From positions 954-64,953 of the forward strand of contig SVLX01000008.1 in assembly GCA_015067725.1 (NCBI GenBank): 64,000 nt of DNA, written 5' to 3'. The notes under the pieces were generated by a model. The model ran no database searches, was not told the origin of the DNA, and saw nothing but the letters and a program-made list of their open reading frames with translations. A program made the translations under genes and the position numbers. Source of the stretch: Oscillospiraceae bacterium (GTDB taxonomy: Bacteria > Bacillota > Clostridia > Oscillospirales > Oscillospiraceae). Shown piece after piece: positions 18,323 through 27,468 of the stretch (positions within the stretch are counted from its first letter, which is position 1; each line of letters begins with the position of its first letter).

Positions 18323-18856
18323 TTAAGAATAGGCCTCCGGCTTCAATACACCCACATAAGGCAAATTGCGGAATCGCTCATTGAAGTCCAGGCCATAGCC
18401 CACCACAAACTCATTGGGGATGGTGAAGCCCACATAGTCCGCAATCAGGTCAGTTTCCCGGCGGTCAGGCTTGTCCAGCAGGGTGCAGATTTTCAAGGAG
18501 GCGGGCTTGCGGCTCTTCAGATATTCAACGGTATAGCTGAGGGTACGTCCGGAATCGATGATGTCCTCCAGAATCACCACATGGCGGCCACAAATATCAG
18601 CATCCAGGTCCTTCTTTACGTTGATGACGCCGGTACTCTCTGTGCCATGATAGGAAGAAACAACCATAAAGTCCAGTTCGCAGGGAATCTGTACTGCCCG
18701 GAACATATCCGCAAAGAACACCACAACGCCCTTCAGCAGTCCCACAAACAGGGGGTTCTTGTCCTTGTACTCGGCCTCCAGTTCTTTGGCCATCTGGGCA
18801 ATGCGGGTTTTGATCTGTTCCTCAGAGATCAGAACGCGTTCAATGAGTTCATGCAT
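18323..18856 (-). CDS. hpt: Hypoxanthine phosphoribosyltransferase
   Basis: PRPP-binding loop VVILEDIIDSGRTL; 177 aa; sits between tilS and ftsH as in B. subtilis. Confidence 0.92.
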   Translation of the reverse strand: MHELIERVLISEEQIKTRIAQMAKELEAEYKDKNPLFVGLLKGVVVFFADMFRAVQIPCELDFMVVSSYHGTESTGVINVKKDLDADICGRHVVILEDIIDSGRTLSYTVEYLKSRKPASLKICTLLDKPDRRETDLIADYVGFTIPNEFVVGYGLDFNERFRNLPYVGVLKPEAYS

Positions 18857-18877
18857 GGCGGATTACCTCTTTCTCTG

Positions 18878-20281
18878 TTATCTTGTATCATACACGCCCG
18901 GACAGATTGTTTCTGTCTCTTGTTCGGGCGCTGTATCCATATCTTCTTTCCGGCACACCCGGATAATCAGGGCTTCTTCCCCCACTTGGGCAGCAAAGTC
19001 CAGATTTACGCCCACCCCGGTTACGGCAAGAACCTGTTCCCCGGCAACGATTACCGGCAGTTCTTTCCGCAATGCGGCGGGGATCTTTCGGTCTATCATG
19101 GCTTTCTTCACCGGTCGGTGTCCGCCGGGGAGCGCCACGGTGTCACCGGGCTGTCTTGCCCGGATACTCAGGCTTTGCGGTGGCAACTTTTGGGGGTTAA
19201 GGGCAAAGAGATACCCCGTCTGTGCCGGTTTTTGCCGGAAGGTTTCTGTTTTAGCGGTAATGACCCAATTGCCCACCCGGGTTTCGCCCGGCACGGACAG
19301 TGTTGCGGTTTCCAGACCATCGGTCTGCACCGCAGGACAAATCAGGTCATAATATCGGCTGAGGCTCACCCCACCGGGGAAGCGCACCCAGGCGCTGGGA
19401 TTATCTGCCACAGCTAAGGTCAGCACTTGCCTCAGGTGAATCTGCTCCGGCTCCCGAACACCCAATTCCTTCAGGTATATGGCAACCACCCGGCTCTGCA
19501 GAGCAGGGTGCAGATCAAGCAGCCCACGGCAGTCTATGCCCCCATCCCGACGAAGGGCGCTGAGGGCTTGGGTAGCATGGCGGTGCAAAAAATCCTCATC
19601 CTGCCGCAGGCCCATGGCCATATTGCCGCAATTCCGGGAGAACCGGGGGTTTTCCTGCCGAAGTACCGGCATAACCTGCCGGCGGATGCGGTTGCGGAGA
19701 AAGTCGCTGCCGTGGTTGGAGCTATCCTCCACATGGCGCAGATTCCACAAGTTCAGGAAGTCCTCCACCTCCTGGCGGGTCACGGTGAGCATGGGACGGA
19801 TGATTCTTCCCTGTTGGGGATGAATTCCGCCCAATCCCCGGAGTCCTGTGCCCCGGAGCAAATGGAGCAGAACAGTCTCCGCATTGTCGTCTGCGGTGTG
19901 GGCGGTGGCGATTTTCGCTGTGGGATCCAGGGTGGCGAAGAAGGCATATCTGGCTCTGCGGGCCGCATCTTCCATCCCCCTGCCCTGCCGGACAATCTCT
20001 CCCTGGCCAACGGTCAGGGGGATTTCCAGTCTGCGGCACAGGTTGCGGACGAAGGTCTCATCCCGCCTGGATTCCTCCCCACGGAGGTTATGGTTAAAGT
20101 GGGCGGCAGAGATGGTCAGATTCCACTTCTCTCTGAGCAGGAACAGGCTCCACAGCAATGCCACAGAATCCGCCCCACCGGAGAGGGCGCAAATGACCCG
20201 GTCACCGGGCAAAAGCAGTACCTTTTCCCGGCAGAATTCCGCCACACGGTCATGGAATTCCACTGTCCTATCCCTCCTCAT
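18878..20281 (-). CDS. tilS: tRNA(Ile)-lysidine synthase
   Basis: PP-loop ALSGGADS; 467 aa; start overlaps the dnaB stop. Confidence 0.9.
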   Translation of the reverse strand: MRRDRTVEFHDRVAEFCREKVLLLPGDRVICALSGGADSVALLWSLFLLREKWNLTISAAHFNHNLRGEESRRDETFVRNLCRRLEIPLTVGQGEIVRQGRGMEDAARRARYAFFATLDPTAKIATAHTADDNAETVLLHLLRGTGLRGLGGIHPQQGRIIRPMLTVTRQEVEDFLNLWNLRHVEDSSNHGSDFLRNRIRRQVMPVLRQENPRFSRNCGNMAMGLRQDEDFLHRHATQALSALRRDGGIDCRGLLDLHPALQSRVVAIYLKELGVREPEQIHLRQVLTLAVADNPSAWVRFPGGVSLSRYYDLICPAVQTDGLETATLSVPGETRVGNWVITAKTETFRQKPAQTGYLFALNPQKLPPQSLSIRARQPGDTVALPGGHRPVKKAMIDRKIPAALRKELPVIVAGEQVLAVTGVGVNLDFAAQVGEEALIIRVCRKEDMDTAPEQETETICPGVYDTR

Positions 20282-21614
20282 GCCGCCATTCCCGGTCAGC
20301 GAAGGTGGTATACTGGGGCAGCCACTGGAGTTTTACGGTACCGGTCTCGCCGTGGCGGTTTTTGGAAACAATACACTCCGCCACGTTCTTCTCCGGCGAA
20401 TTGGGGTTATAGTAGTCGTCGCGATAGAGAAACAGGACCTCATCGGCATCCTGCTCAATGGCACCGGATTCCCGGAGGTCGGAGAGCATAGGACGCTTGT
20501 CCGAGCGGGACTCATTGGCACGGGACAACTGGCTCAGGCAAATGACCGGCACATTCAGCTCCTTGGCCATAATCTTCAATGCTCTGGAAATATCGGAGAC
20601 GGCATTGACCCGGTTTTCTGCGGTCTTACCATAGCCGGAGCTGGTCATCAGTTGGAGGTAGTCAATGACCACCAGACCCAGATTCTCCACTCGGCGCAGT
20701 TTGGCATTCATTTCCGCCACGGTGATGGATGGATTGTCGTCCACCCGGATGTCGGTCTGACTGAGTGCAGACGATGCCATGGCCAGCTTGCTCCATTCCT
20801 CATCGGTCAGCTTGCCGGTGGCCATTTTCTGGCTGTCCACGAAGCTCTCACCGGCCAGAAGACGCATAGCGAGCTGCTCCCGGGACATCTCCAACGAGAA
20901 GAAGGCCACGGTCATGCGGTACTTTTTCGCCACATTCAGGGCGATATTCAAGGCGAAGGAGGTCTTACCCATGGCGGGGCGGGCGGCAATCAACAGCAGG
21001 TCGGATTTATTCAGGCCGTTAATCTTGGTATCCAAATCCTTAAGCCCTGTGGACAGGCCCGGAATGGCACTGTCCGACATGGCCAGCTCGGTCAAATGGT
21101 CAAACACCTTGTGCAAAACCTTGCCGATATGCTCCAAACTGTCTCCCCGCTCACCTTTGCGCAGGGCATAGATTTTCTTCTCTGCCGACTCCAGCATCTC
21201 CTGCGGTGTACCCACGCCCTCATAGACCGTCTCGGTGATATCTGAGGCGGCGGTGACCAGACCACGGAGCATGGCCTTGTCCCGGACGATTCCGGCGTAC
21301 CGCTTGGCATTGGCCGCCGAGGGGGTAATCTCCATGAGCTGCTTGACATAGCCCGTGGTATGGTCGGTAAACAGACCCAGCTCCTGCATTTTGGTCAGGA
21401 CGGTCACCGGGTCAATGGGCTGGGAGAAATTGAACATGGCATACATGGTCTCAAAAATCTCCCGGTTTTGCTGGAGGTAGAAGTCCTCCGGCTTGACAAT
21501 GCCAATCACATCGGGGACACAGCGGCTGTCAATGAGCATTGCGCCCAAAACCGCCTGCTCCGCCTCCAGCGAGTGGGGCTGCTGCCGGGTCATCAGGGCT
21601 TCGGTTTCTGCCAT
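20268..21614 (-). CDS. dnaB: Replicative DNA helicase
   Basis: PHSLEAEQAVLGAML N-terminal domain; Walker A ARPAMGKTSFALN; AAAGGAG RBS. Confidence 0.95.
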   Translation of the reverse strand: MAETEALMTRQQPHSLEAEQAVLGAMLIDSRCVPDVIGIVKPEDFYLQQNREIFETMYAMFNFSQPIDPVTVLTKMQELGLFTDHTTGYVKQLMEITPSAANAKRYAGIVRDKAMLRGLVTAASDITETVYEGVGTPQEMLESAEKKIYALRKGERGDSLEHIGKVLHKVFDHLTELAMSDSAIPGLSTGLKDLDTKINGLNKSDLLLIAARPAMGKTSFALNIALNVAKKYRMTVAFFSLEMSREQLAMRLLAGESFVDSQKMATGKLTDEEWSKLAMASSALSQTDIRVDDNPSITVAEMNAKLRRVENLGLVVIDYLQLMTSSGYGKTAENRVNAVSDISRALKIMAKELNVPVICLSQLSRANESRSDKRPMLSDLRESGAIEQDADEVLFLYRDDYYNPNSPEKNVAECIVSKNRHGETGTVKLQWLPQYTTFADREWRHEEG

Positions 21615-21724
21615 ATTCTTTCTCCTTTCTTTGTATTATTGTTGTTGCGGTGAATTCAGCATCCAGACGATAGCAACTTCTCACAGATAATTCGGGTTAT
21701 CCAATTGGTACATCAGCCCGATAC

Positions 21725-22567
21725 TTACGATGAACACTCCCGCCATTGGAATACAGCTTCTGCATTGTTGGCAATACCCACCTTCATGCGATTGGCAATC
21801 ATTGCGCAGTACTCCGGCTCAACTTCCACGCCAATGCTGTTCCGCCCGTACTGGAGAGAAGCCAGCATGGTCGTCCCGCTTCCGCAGAAAGGATCAACCA
21901 CAGTGTCGCCAACAAAAGAAAACATCTGCACCAGTCTGGATGCCAATTCCAGCGGGAAGGGTGCGGGGTGGCCGGCTTTGGTAGAAGCGCCGGGCATCTG
22001 CCAAATCTGGCTAAACCATTTTTGGAAGCTGTCCTTCTCAATCATGCTTCTTTCCCGTTGTTCTGCTGTTGGCTTTCTGTACCCGCCCGGTTTTCGCTCC
22101 ATCAGAATATACTCAATGTCATTTTTGATGATGGCATTGGGTTCGTAAGGTTTACCCAGAAAGGAACTGGAAGTATTGGCCTCAAACTTTGCGTTGGTAA
22201 TCTTGTGCCATAATATGGGATTCAAATTATCAAAGCCAATCCGCCTGCAGGCAACGGCAATATCGGAATGGAGCGGCATAACTGCATGCTTGCCATACTT
22301 GCTCCGGGACAGACATACATCGCCAACAACGCAGACAATTCGTCCTCCCGGAACCAATATCCGGTAGCACTCAGACCACACCTTCTCCAGCTCATCCAGA
22401 AATCCCTGATAGTCCTCAATGATTCCCAGTTGATTCTTCCCTCGCTTGTACTCTTTCAAATTCCAATAAGGAGGAGAAGTCAGCACAAGATGCACACTGC
22501 TGTCGGGGATAAAATGCAGGTCTCTTGCATCTGCACAGTATAATTCATGTAACCCCATGGCACTCAC
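21725..22567 (-). CDS. Beta-class N4/N6 DNA methyltransferase (SPPY motif, probably m4C)
   Basis: Motif IV TSPPYW precedes motif I DPFCGSGTT (beta-class order); 4-nt overlap with the upstream endonuclease gene. Confidence 0.85.
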   Translation of the reverse strand: MSAMGLHELYCADARDLHFIPDSSVHLVLTSPPYWNLKEYKRGKNQLGIIEDYQGFLDELEKVWSECYRILVPGGRIVCVVGDVCLSRSKYGKHAVMPLHSDIAVACRRIGFDNLNPILWHKITNAKFEANTSSSFLGKPYEPNAIIKNDIEYILMERKPGGYRKPTAEQRERSMIEKDSFQKWFSQIWQMPGASTKAGHPAPFPLELASRLVQMFSFVGDTVVDPFCGSGTTMLASLQYGRNSIGVEVEPEYCAMIANRMKVGIANNAEAVFQWRECSS

Positions 22568-23295
22568 CTTTTTCGACTCAAGTGACTAAGAACAGCACCC
22601 AGCAAAGAAGAAACAAAGCCATAAAGCGACAGTTCTTCGTCGGGGTATCCAAACCAGATTTCCCCCTGAGATTCTCTCTGTGTTGTCATCAAGCAGGCAG
22701 AGGAGTACAGCCGCTCCAGAATCAATTTCTGGCAGAACAACTGATACCGGTCAATATACGAAGTGTCGCTGAATTCCGGCAGGATTTCAAAATGGGGCGA
22801 GCGCACCCGGACAGGGACAGATGAGCGCGCTTCTTCTTCCAGTACCATAAAATACCCCAGCCAGGGGGGTGGCTGTTTGCCAAACACACCCTCCCGATAA
22901 GCTGTCCAGATATCCAATGCACTTCCCATGGCTTCTTCTGTGCGGTTGTTGAAATTGTTGCCAAAAGATGGGCCAACCTGACTCTTGAATTCCACGGCGG
23001 CGACCAGAACATTCTGATCGACAATCAAAAGATCCCACTTTTTATTTGGGCGATAGAAACCGGGCAATTCCAAATTGGAATCTTTGAAAATGCTGCTGGT
23101 AGGAACATTGTTCTCTTCGAGAATCTCTGCAATCAGGTTCACAAAACCGTCAAGCTGCTTTCCTCCAGTGACTGCGCCCCGGTTTCCATAATCAGGGGAA
23201 TTCACACCACCGGATTGATTCTGCCGGGAACGTGTTCTCCAGAAATAACAAACTGCATCAAGGATTCTATCGTCCAGATTCTTTGGAATAATCAT
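22564..23295 (-). CDS. Type II restriction endonuclease (PD-(D/E)xK; XhoI/PaeR7I-like from memory only)
   Basis: ATG 23295 with AAGGAG RBS (the track start at 23316 lacks one); WDLLIV...AAVEFKSQVGPSFGNNFNNR core; paired with the methyltransferase. Confidence 0.7.
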   Translation of the reverse strand: MIIPKNLDDRILDAVCYFWRTRSRQNQSGGVNSPDYGNRGAVTGGKQLDGFVNLIAEILEENNVPTSSIFKDSNLELPGFYRPNKKWDLLIVDQNVLVAAVEFKSQVGPSFGNNFNNRTEEAMGSALDIWTAYREGVFGKQPPPWLGYFMVLEEEARSSVPVRVRSPHFEILPEFSDTSYIDRYQLFCQKLILERLYSSACLMTTQRESQGEIWFGYPDEELSLYGFVSSLLGAVLSHLSRKR

Positions 23296-23342
23296 AGTAG
23301 ACTCCTTCTGTGGCAATTCTGAACCGATGTGGCAAAAAGCCT

Positions 23343-23789
23343 TTAGCTTCTCTCCTCAATCTTCACCCGCAGTTCGCCCACAATCTCATAGCCCAGCTTG
23401 CACTTGACGGTATAGGTGCCCACCAGCTTAATGGGCTCGTCAATGACAATCTTCCGCTTGTCCAGTTCAATCCCCTGGGCTTTCAGGGCGTCTGCAATTT
23501 CCTGATTGGTGACAGAGCCGAAGAGCCGGCCTGCGCCGCCGCCCTTGGCATAGACCGTCAGGGTCATTTCCTTCATCTTGCGGGACAGCTCCATGGCCTC
23601 AGCCCGCTCCCGGGTCTGGCGCTCGATGGTGGCCTTGTCAGTCATGCGCATGGTGTTGATGGCATCGGCAGTGGCTTCCTTGGCCAGCTTCTTGGGCAGC
23701 ATATAATTCCGGGCATAGCCGTCGGATACGTCAATGAGCTGACCCTTCTTGCCCTTGCCCTTCACGTCTTGTAACAGAATAACTTTCAT
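23343..23789 (-). CDS. rplI: 50S ribosomal protein L9
   Basis: [32 protein letters not shown]; 148 aa. Confidence 0.95.
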   Translation of the reverse strand: MKVILLQDVKGKGKKGQLIDVSDGYARNYMLPKKLAKEATADAINTMRMTDKATIERQTRERAEAMELSRKMKEMTLTVYAKGGGAGRLFGSVTNQEIADALKAQGIELDKRKIVIDEPIKLVGTYTVKCKLGYEIVGELRVKIEERS

Positions 23790-23807
23790 GGAAAACGCTC
23801 CTTTCCT

Positions 23808-25784
23808 TTACTTCTCATAATACTTGTTGATGGACTCCACCAGCCGGTCCAGTGCGGTCTTCACGTCGCACTGCGCCACCTGTGCCCCTGCGGTTGCCGC
23901 GTTGCCGCCGCCGCCAAGAGGCTCCAGAATCACCTGCACATTGGCATCACCGATGGAGCGGGCGGAGATAATGACCTTGTCGTCCTGCGGATAGAGGACA
24001 AAGGAGGTCAGTACGCCCTGAATATTCAGCAGTTCATCGGCCGCCTGAGCCGCAATGACCCGGGTCGTGCCGGTATTTAAGGCGGCAATGGCAATCTCCT
24101 CCCGGTACAGCCGGGCCGCCTTGAGGATTTGGTATCTGGCAATGGTGGACTGGAAATCGTTCTGCAGCAGCTTCTTGACCTCCACAGTGTCCGCGCCCAG
24201 TCGCCGCAGGAATGCGGCGGCTTCAAAGGTTCTCTCGCCGGAGCGGACATTGAAGCTCTTGGTATCCAGCACGATACCCGCCAGCAGGGCTCTTGCCTCA
24301 ATGGGCAAAATGTCCGTGCTTTCCACGGCATACTGCAACAACTCCGTCACCAGCTCACTGGCAGAGGAGGCATAGGGCTCGTGGAGGTTTACCACCACCG
24401 GGTCGATATAATCGGCGGCTCTGCGGTGATGATCCACCACACAGACCTTGGAAATAGCCTCCAGAAGCGGTTTGCACTCCACCTGATCCGGGCGGTTGGT
24501 GTCCACAACCACCAGAAGACTCTTGTTGTCCGCCAGAAGCAATGCTTCCTGCCCGGAGATAAAGCACTCGGCATATTCCGGTACTTTGCGCACCTGCTCA
24601 ATCAGGGCAGTGGCGGCATTGTGCTCCATATCCACCACAATATGCGCCCGCTTACCCTTTTTCCGGCACAGACAGCAGATACCCACCGCTGCGCCGATGG
24701 CGTCCAGATCGGCATTCTTGTGGCCCATGACGAAGACCTGAGAACTTTGCGCCATCAGCTCAGACAGGGAACTGGCCGTGACCCGGGAGCGAACCTTGGA
24801 GCGGTGATCCGTCTCTTTGGTGCGACCGCCGAAGAAGGTGAAATTATATCTGTCCTTAACTACCGCCTGGTCACCGCCCCGGGAGAGGGCAGTCTCCAAG
24901 CTGACAGCGGCGAATTTATAGGCTTCTTCAAAGGTTGCGGCCTCCCTGCCGATACCCAAAGAGATGGTGGCGGTAATTCCGTTGGGGCTGACCACCTGAT
25001 GCATCTCCTCTAAGATGCGGAACTTGCCCTCAACCACATCCCGCAAATCTCTGGCTTCAAAGATGCACAGGAAGCGGCTTCGCTCCAACCGGCGGAGAAT
25101 GCCATGATACTGCTCCGTGCAGCGGGTAATGACCTCATCTATGGCGGCATTGAGGGTAGAAATGGCACTCTCGGACAGATTTTTGGTCAGCTCGTCATAA
25201 TTGTCTACCAAAATCAGAGTAACCACAGGGCGGGAGCGGATATACTCATCCCGCACCTGATAAAGCTCTGTCAAATCCGACAGGTAAATGGCGCCGAGCA
25301 GTGCCCCTGCGCCGCCCTTCTCCTGAAAAGACGAGCCATAGAGCCGGTAACGCCGCTCATGGATGACCAAATCATATGGACACTCCGATTTTCCTGCCGC
25401 CAGCCAGTCGGCGGTGAAATTGGGAATCACTTTGCTCAACTTTTGTTCAAAGATGCTGTCTTTCATGCCGGTGACCTGGCTGAATTTGCTGTTGGACCAG
25501 ATGATTGTGCCATCCACCAGGCGGATAATGGCCATGGGCAGGGGCATCTCGCCCCGCTCAGCCGCCTCTAAATTGTCAGTTGCGGACTGGATATAGGCGG
25601 TCAGCTCTCTCTGCTGTCTTGCCCGGCGAATCTGATAGAAGGCAAAGAGCAATGCCGTTGACACTGCACCGGTCACCGCCAGCGCCATCTGATCCAGCAA
25701 AAAGGCCACCACAGAGAAAATCAGCAGCACCAGAAAATACAGCCCCATAGAGGGGTCCAAGAGTTTCGCCAGTTTTTTGCCCAT
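23808..25784 (-). CDS. gdpP: Cyclic-di-AMP phosphodiesterase GdpP (2 TM, degenerate GGDEF, DHH/DHHA1)
   Basis: DHH motif VVDHHRR; DHHA1 GGGGNAATAGAQ; start set at MGKKLAKLL (RBS GGAAGGTG); the track start at 25802 is 6 codons upstream. Confidence 0.88.
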   Translation of the reverse strand: MGKKLAKLLDPSMGLYFLVLLIFSVVAFLLDQMALAVTGAVSTALLFAFYQIRRARQQRELTAYIQSATDNLEAAERGEMPLPMAIIRLVDGTIIWSNSKFSQVTGMKDSIFEQKLSKVIPNFTADWLAAGKSECPYDLVIHERRYRLYGSSFQEKGGAGALLGAIYLSDLTELYQVRDEYIRSRPVVTLILVDNYDELTKNLSESAISTLNAAIDEVITRCTEQYHGILRRLERSRFLCIFEARDLRDVVEGKFRILEEMHQVVSPNGITATISLGIGREAATFEEAYKFAAVSLETALSRGGDQAVVKDRYNFTFFGGRTKETDHRSKVRSRVTASSLSELMAQSSQVFVMGHKNADLDAIGAAVGICCLCRKKGKRAHIVVDMEHNAATALIEQVRKVPEYAECFISGQEALLLADNKSLLVVVDTNRPDQVECKPLLEAISKVCVVDHHRRAADYIDPVVVNLHEPYASSASELVTELLQYAVESTDILPIEARALLAGIVLDTKSFNVRSGERTFEAAAFLRRLGADTVEVKKLLQNDFQSTIARYQILKAARLYREEIAIAALNTGTTRVIAAQAADELLNIQGVLTSFVLYPQDDKVIISARSIGDANVQVILEPLGGGGNAATAGAQVAQCDVKTALDRLVESINKYYEK

Positions 25785-25834
25785 ACCGTCACCTTCCATC
25801 ACGTTTCCCGCACAAGCAGGATATAGTCCAATTT

Positions 25835-25863
25835 ATTATAACAGATTGTTCCATAGGTTTCAA
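25835..25863 (-). promoter_or_regulatory. Sigma-A-type promoter for gdpP-rplI
   Basis: Minus strand TTGAAA (25863-25858), 17-nt spacer, TATAAT (25840-25835). Confidence 0.55.
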
Positions 25864-25957
25864 GGATTATTCTTGCATTTCACCCATTTTCGGGAAGAAA
25901 CTTGCCCATCGGTGCTACAGGTTTTCCCCGGAGCAGTGGGGTTTCTCCCCGCCCCTC

Positions 25958-26452
25958 CTATTCCCGGAAAGCAATCCCCTCATAGTTCAGAAGCCACCGT
26001 TTAATCTCCAGCCCGGCAGAAAATCCGGTCAGCCGCCCCTTCTCCCCCAACACCCGGTGGCAGGGGATAACGAGGGCAATGGGATTGCGCCCCACCGCCT
26101 GACCCACCGCCTGCGCCGACATCGTTCCGGGGAATCGCCGGGCCAAATCTCCATACGTTCTGGTTTCTCCCCAGGGAATCTCCAGAAGGAACTGCCAGAC
26201 CTGCTTTTGGAAGGGACTCCCCTCCGGCTTCAGGGGCAGTTCTTCCGGCTTTGGGCGTTCTCCGGAGAAGTACCTGTCCAGCCAGTGGGCAGTCAGTTGC
26301 AGTACCGGGTGGCTGGCCATTGGGACGAGCCGCTCCCGGTCAGGACGCCAGACAGTCTCCTCCCCACGAAAGTGCAGAACCCGCAAATACCGGTCATCGC
26401 AAATCAGCGTCAGTGGACCTGTGGGAGAGGAGTAGGTGGTGATGTAGTGCAT
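25958..26452 (-). CDS. ogt: Methylated-DNA--protein-cysteine methyltransferase
   Basis: Active site VIPCHRV; 164 aa. Confidence 0.9.
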   Translation of the reverse strand: MHYITTYSSPTGPLTLICDDRYLRVLHFRGEETVWRPDRERLVPMASHPVLQLTAHWLDRYFSGERPKPEELPLKPEGSPFQKQVWQFLLEIPWGETRTYGDLARRFPGTMSAQAVGQAVGRNPIALVIPCHRVLGEKGRLTGFSAGLEIKRWLLNYEGIAFRE

Positions 26453-26592
26453 GGAGGGACTCCCTTCTTTTTATGGCATCAGCCATCTCATCTGTGCAAA
26501 ATGCTTTTCTTCCAGCCATCCAGTTCATCCTGCGGGACGTACGACTTAAACCGCCCTCAGCACCATGGGCACCAAGGGCGGCAGTCAATCGG

Positions 26593-27468
26593 TTATTCCA
26601 GCTCCCAGACTTTGATTTCCTTCGCCTTTTCATAAAGCCGGACATAGCTGTCATAGCGGCTGGGCTGGATTTTCCCCTCCCGCAGAGCCTCAGTCACGGC
26701 ACATTCCGGCTCTTTCAGGTGGGCGCAGTCGTGGAACCGGCATTTCCCCACATAGGGGCCAAAATCCGGGAAAGCGTACTGCAAATTTTCCTTCAGGATG
26801 ATTTCCATTCTGTCGGTATCAAAGGAGGAAAATCCCGGGGTATCGGCAACAAAGGTGTCCTCATCCAGTCGGTAAATCTCTACATGGCGGGTGGTGTGCC
26901 GTCCACGTCCCAGTTTCTCCGAGACCTCTCCCACCGGCAGTTTCAGCTCCGGCAGCAGACAGTTGAGGATACTGCTCTTACCCACACCGGAGTTACCGGT
27001 AAACGCCACAAACTTACCGGAAATGGCTCCGCGCAATTCCTCCACCCCCAGCCCGGTTTCGGCACTGGTGGCAATGACGGTAAAGCCCGCCTGACGGTAA
27101 ATCCCGGTCAGGTTGTGGGCAGGGTCCAAATCCGTCTTGTTGATACAGAGCATCACCGGGACACCCTGATTGCCTGCAATGGCGGCAACCCGGTCGATGA
27201 GAAATGGCTCAGTCACCGGATTGACGTTGGCGCAGAAAATCACCAGTGCATCCAGATTGGCCACCGCCGGACGGATGAAGCTGTTCTTCCGGGGCAGTAA
27301 CCGCTCCACCATACCTTTATTCCCGGTCACGGAAATTTCCACCAGATCTCCCGTCAGGGGGATAATGCCCTCCTTGCGGAAGTGCCCTCTGGCACGGCAG
27401 GTCACCGCACCGGAGGGAGTCTGTACTTCATAAAAGCCGCTGAGCGAGCGGATGATTCGTCCAGTCAT
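26593..27468 (-). CDS. rsgA: Ribosome small-subunit-dependent GTPase A
   Basis: GNSGVGKSS; LCINKTDL; C-terminal zinc knuckle CRFHDCAHLKEPEC. Confidence 0.92.
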   Translation of the reverse strand: MTGRIIRSLSGFYEVQTPSGAVTCRARGHFRKEGIIPLTGDLVEISVTGNKGMVERLLPRKNSFIRPAVANLDALVIFCANVNPVTEPFLIDRVAAIAGNQGVPVMLCINKTDLDPAHNLTGIYRQAGFTVIATSAETGLGVEELRGAISGKFVAFTGNSGVGKSSILNCLLPELKLPVGEVSEKLGRGRHTTRHVEIYRLDEDTFVADTPGFSSFDTDRMEIILKENLQYAFPDFGPYVGKCRFHDCAHLKEPECAVTEALREGKIQPSRYDSYVRLYEKAKEIKVWELE

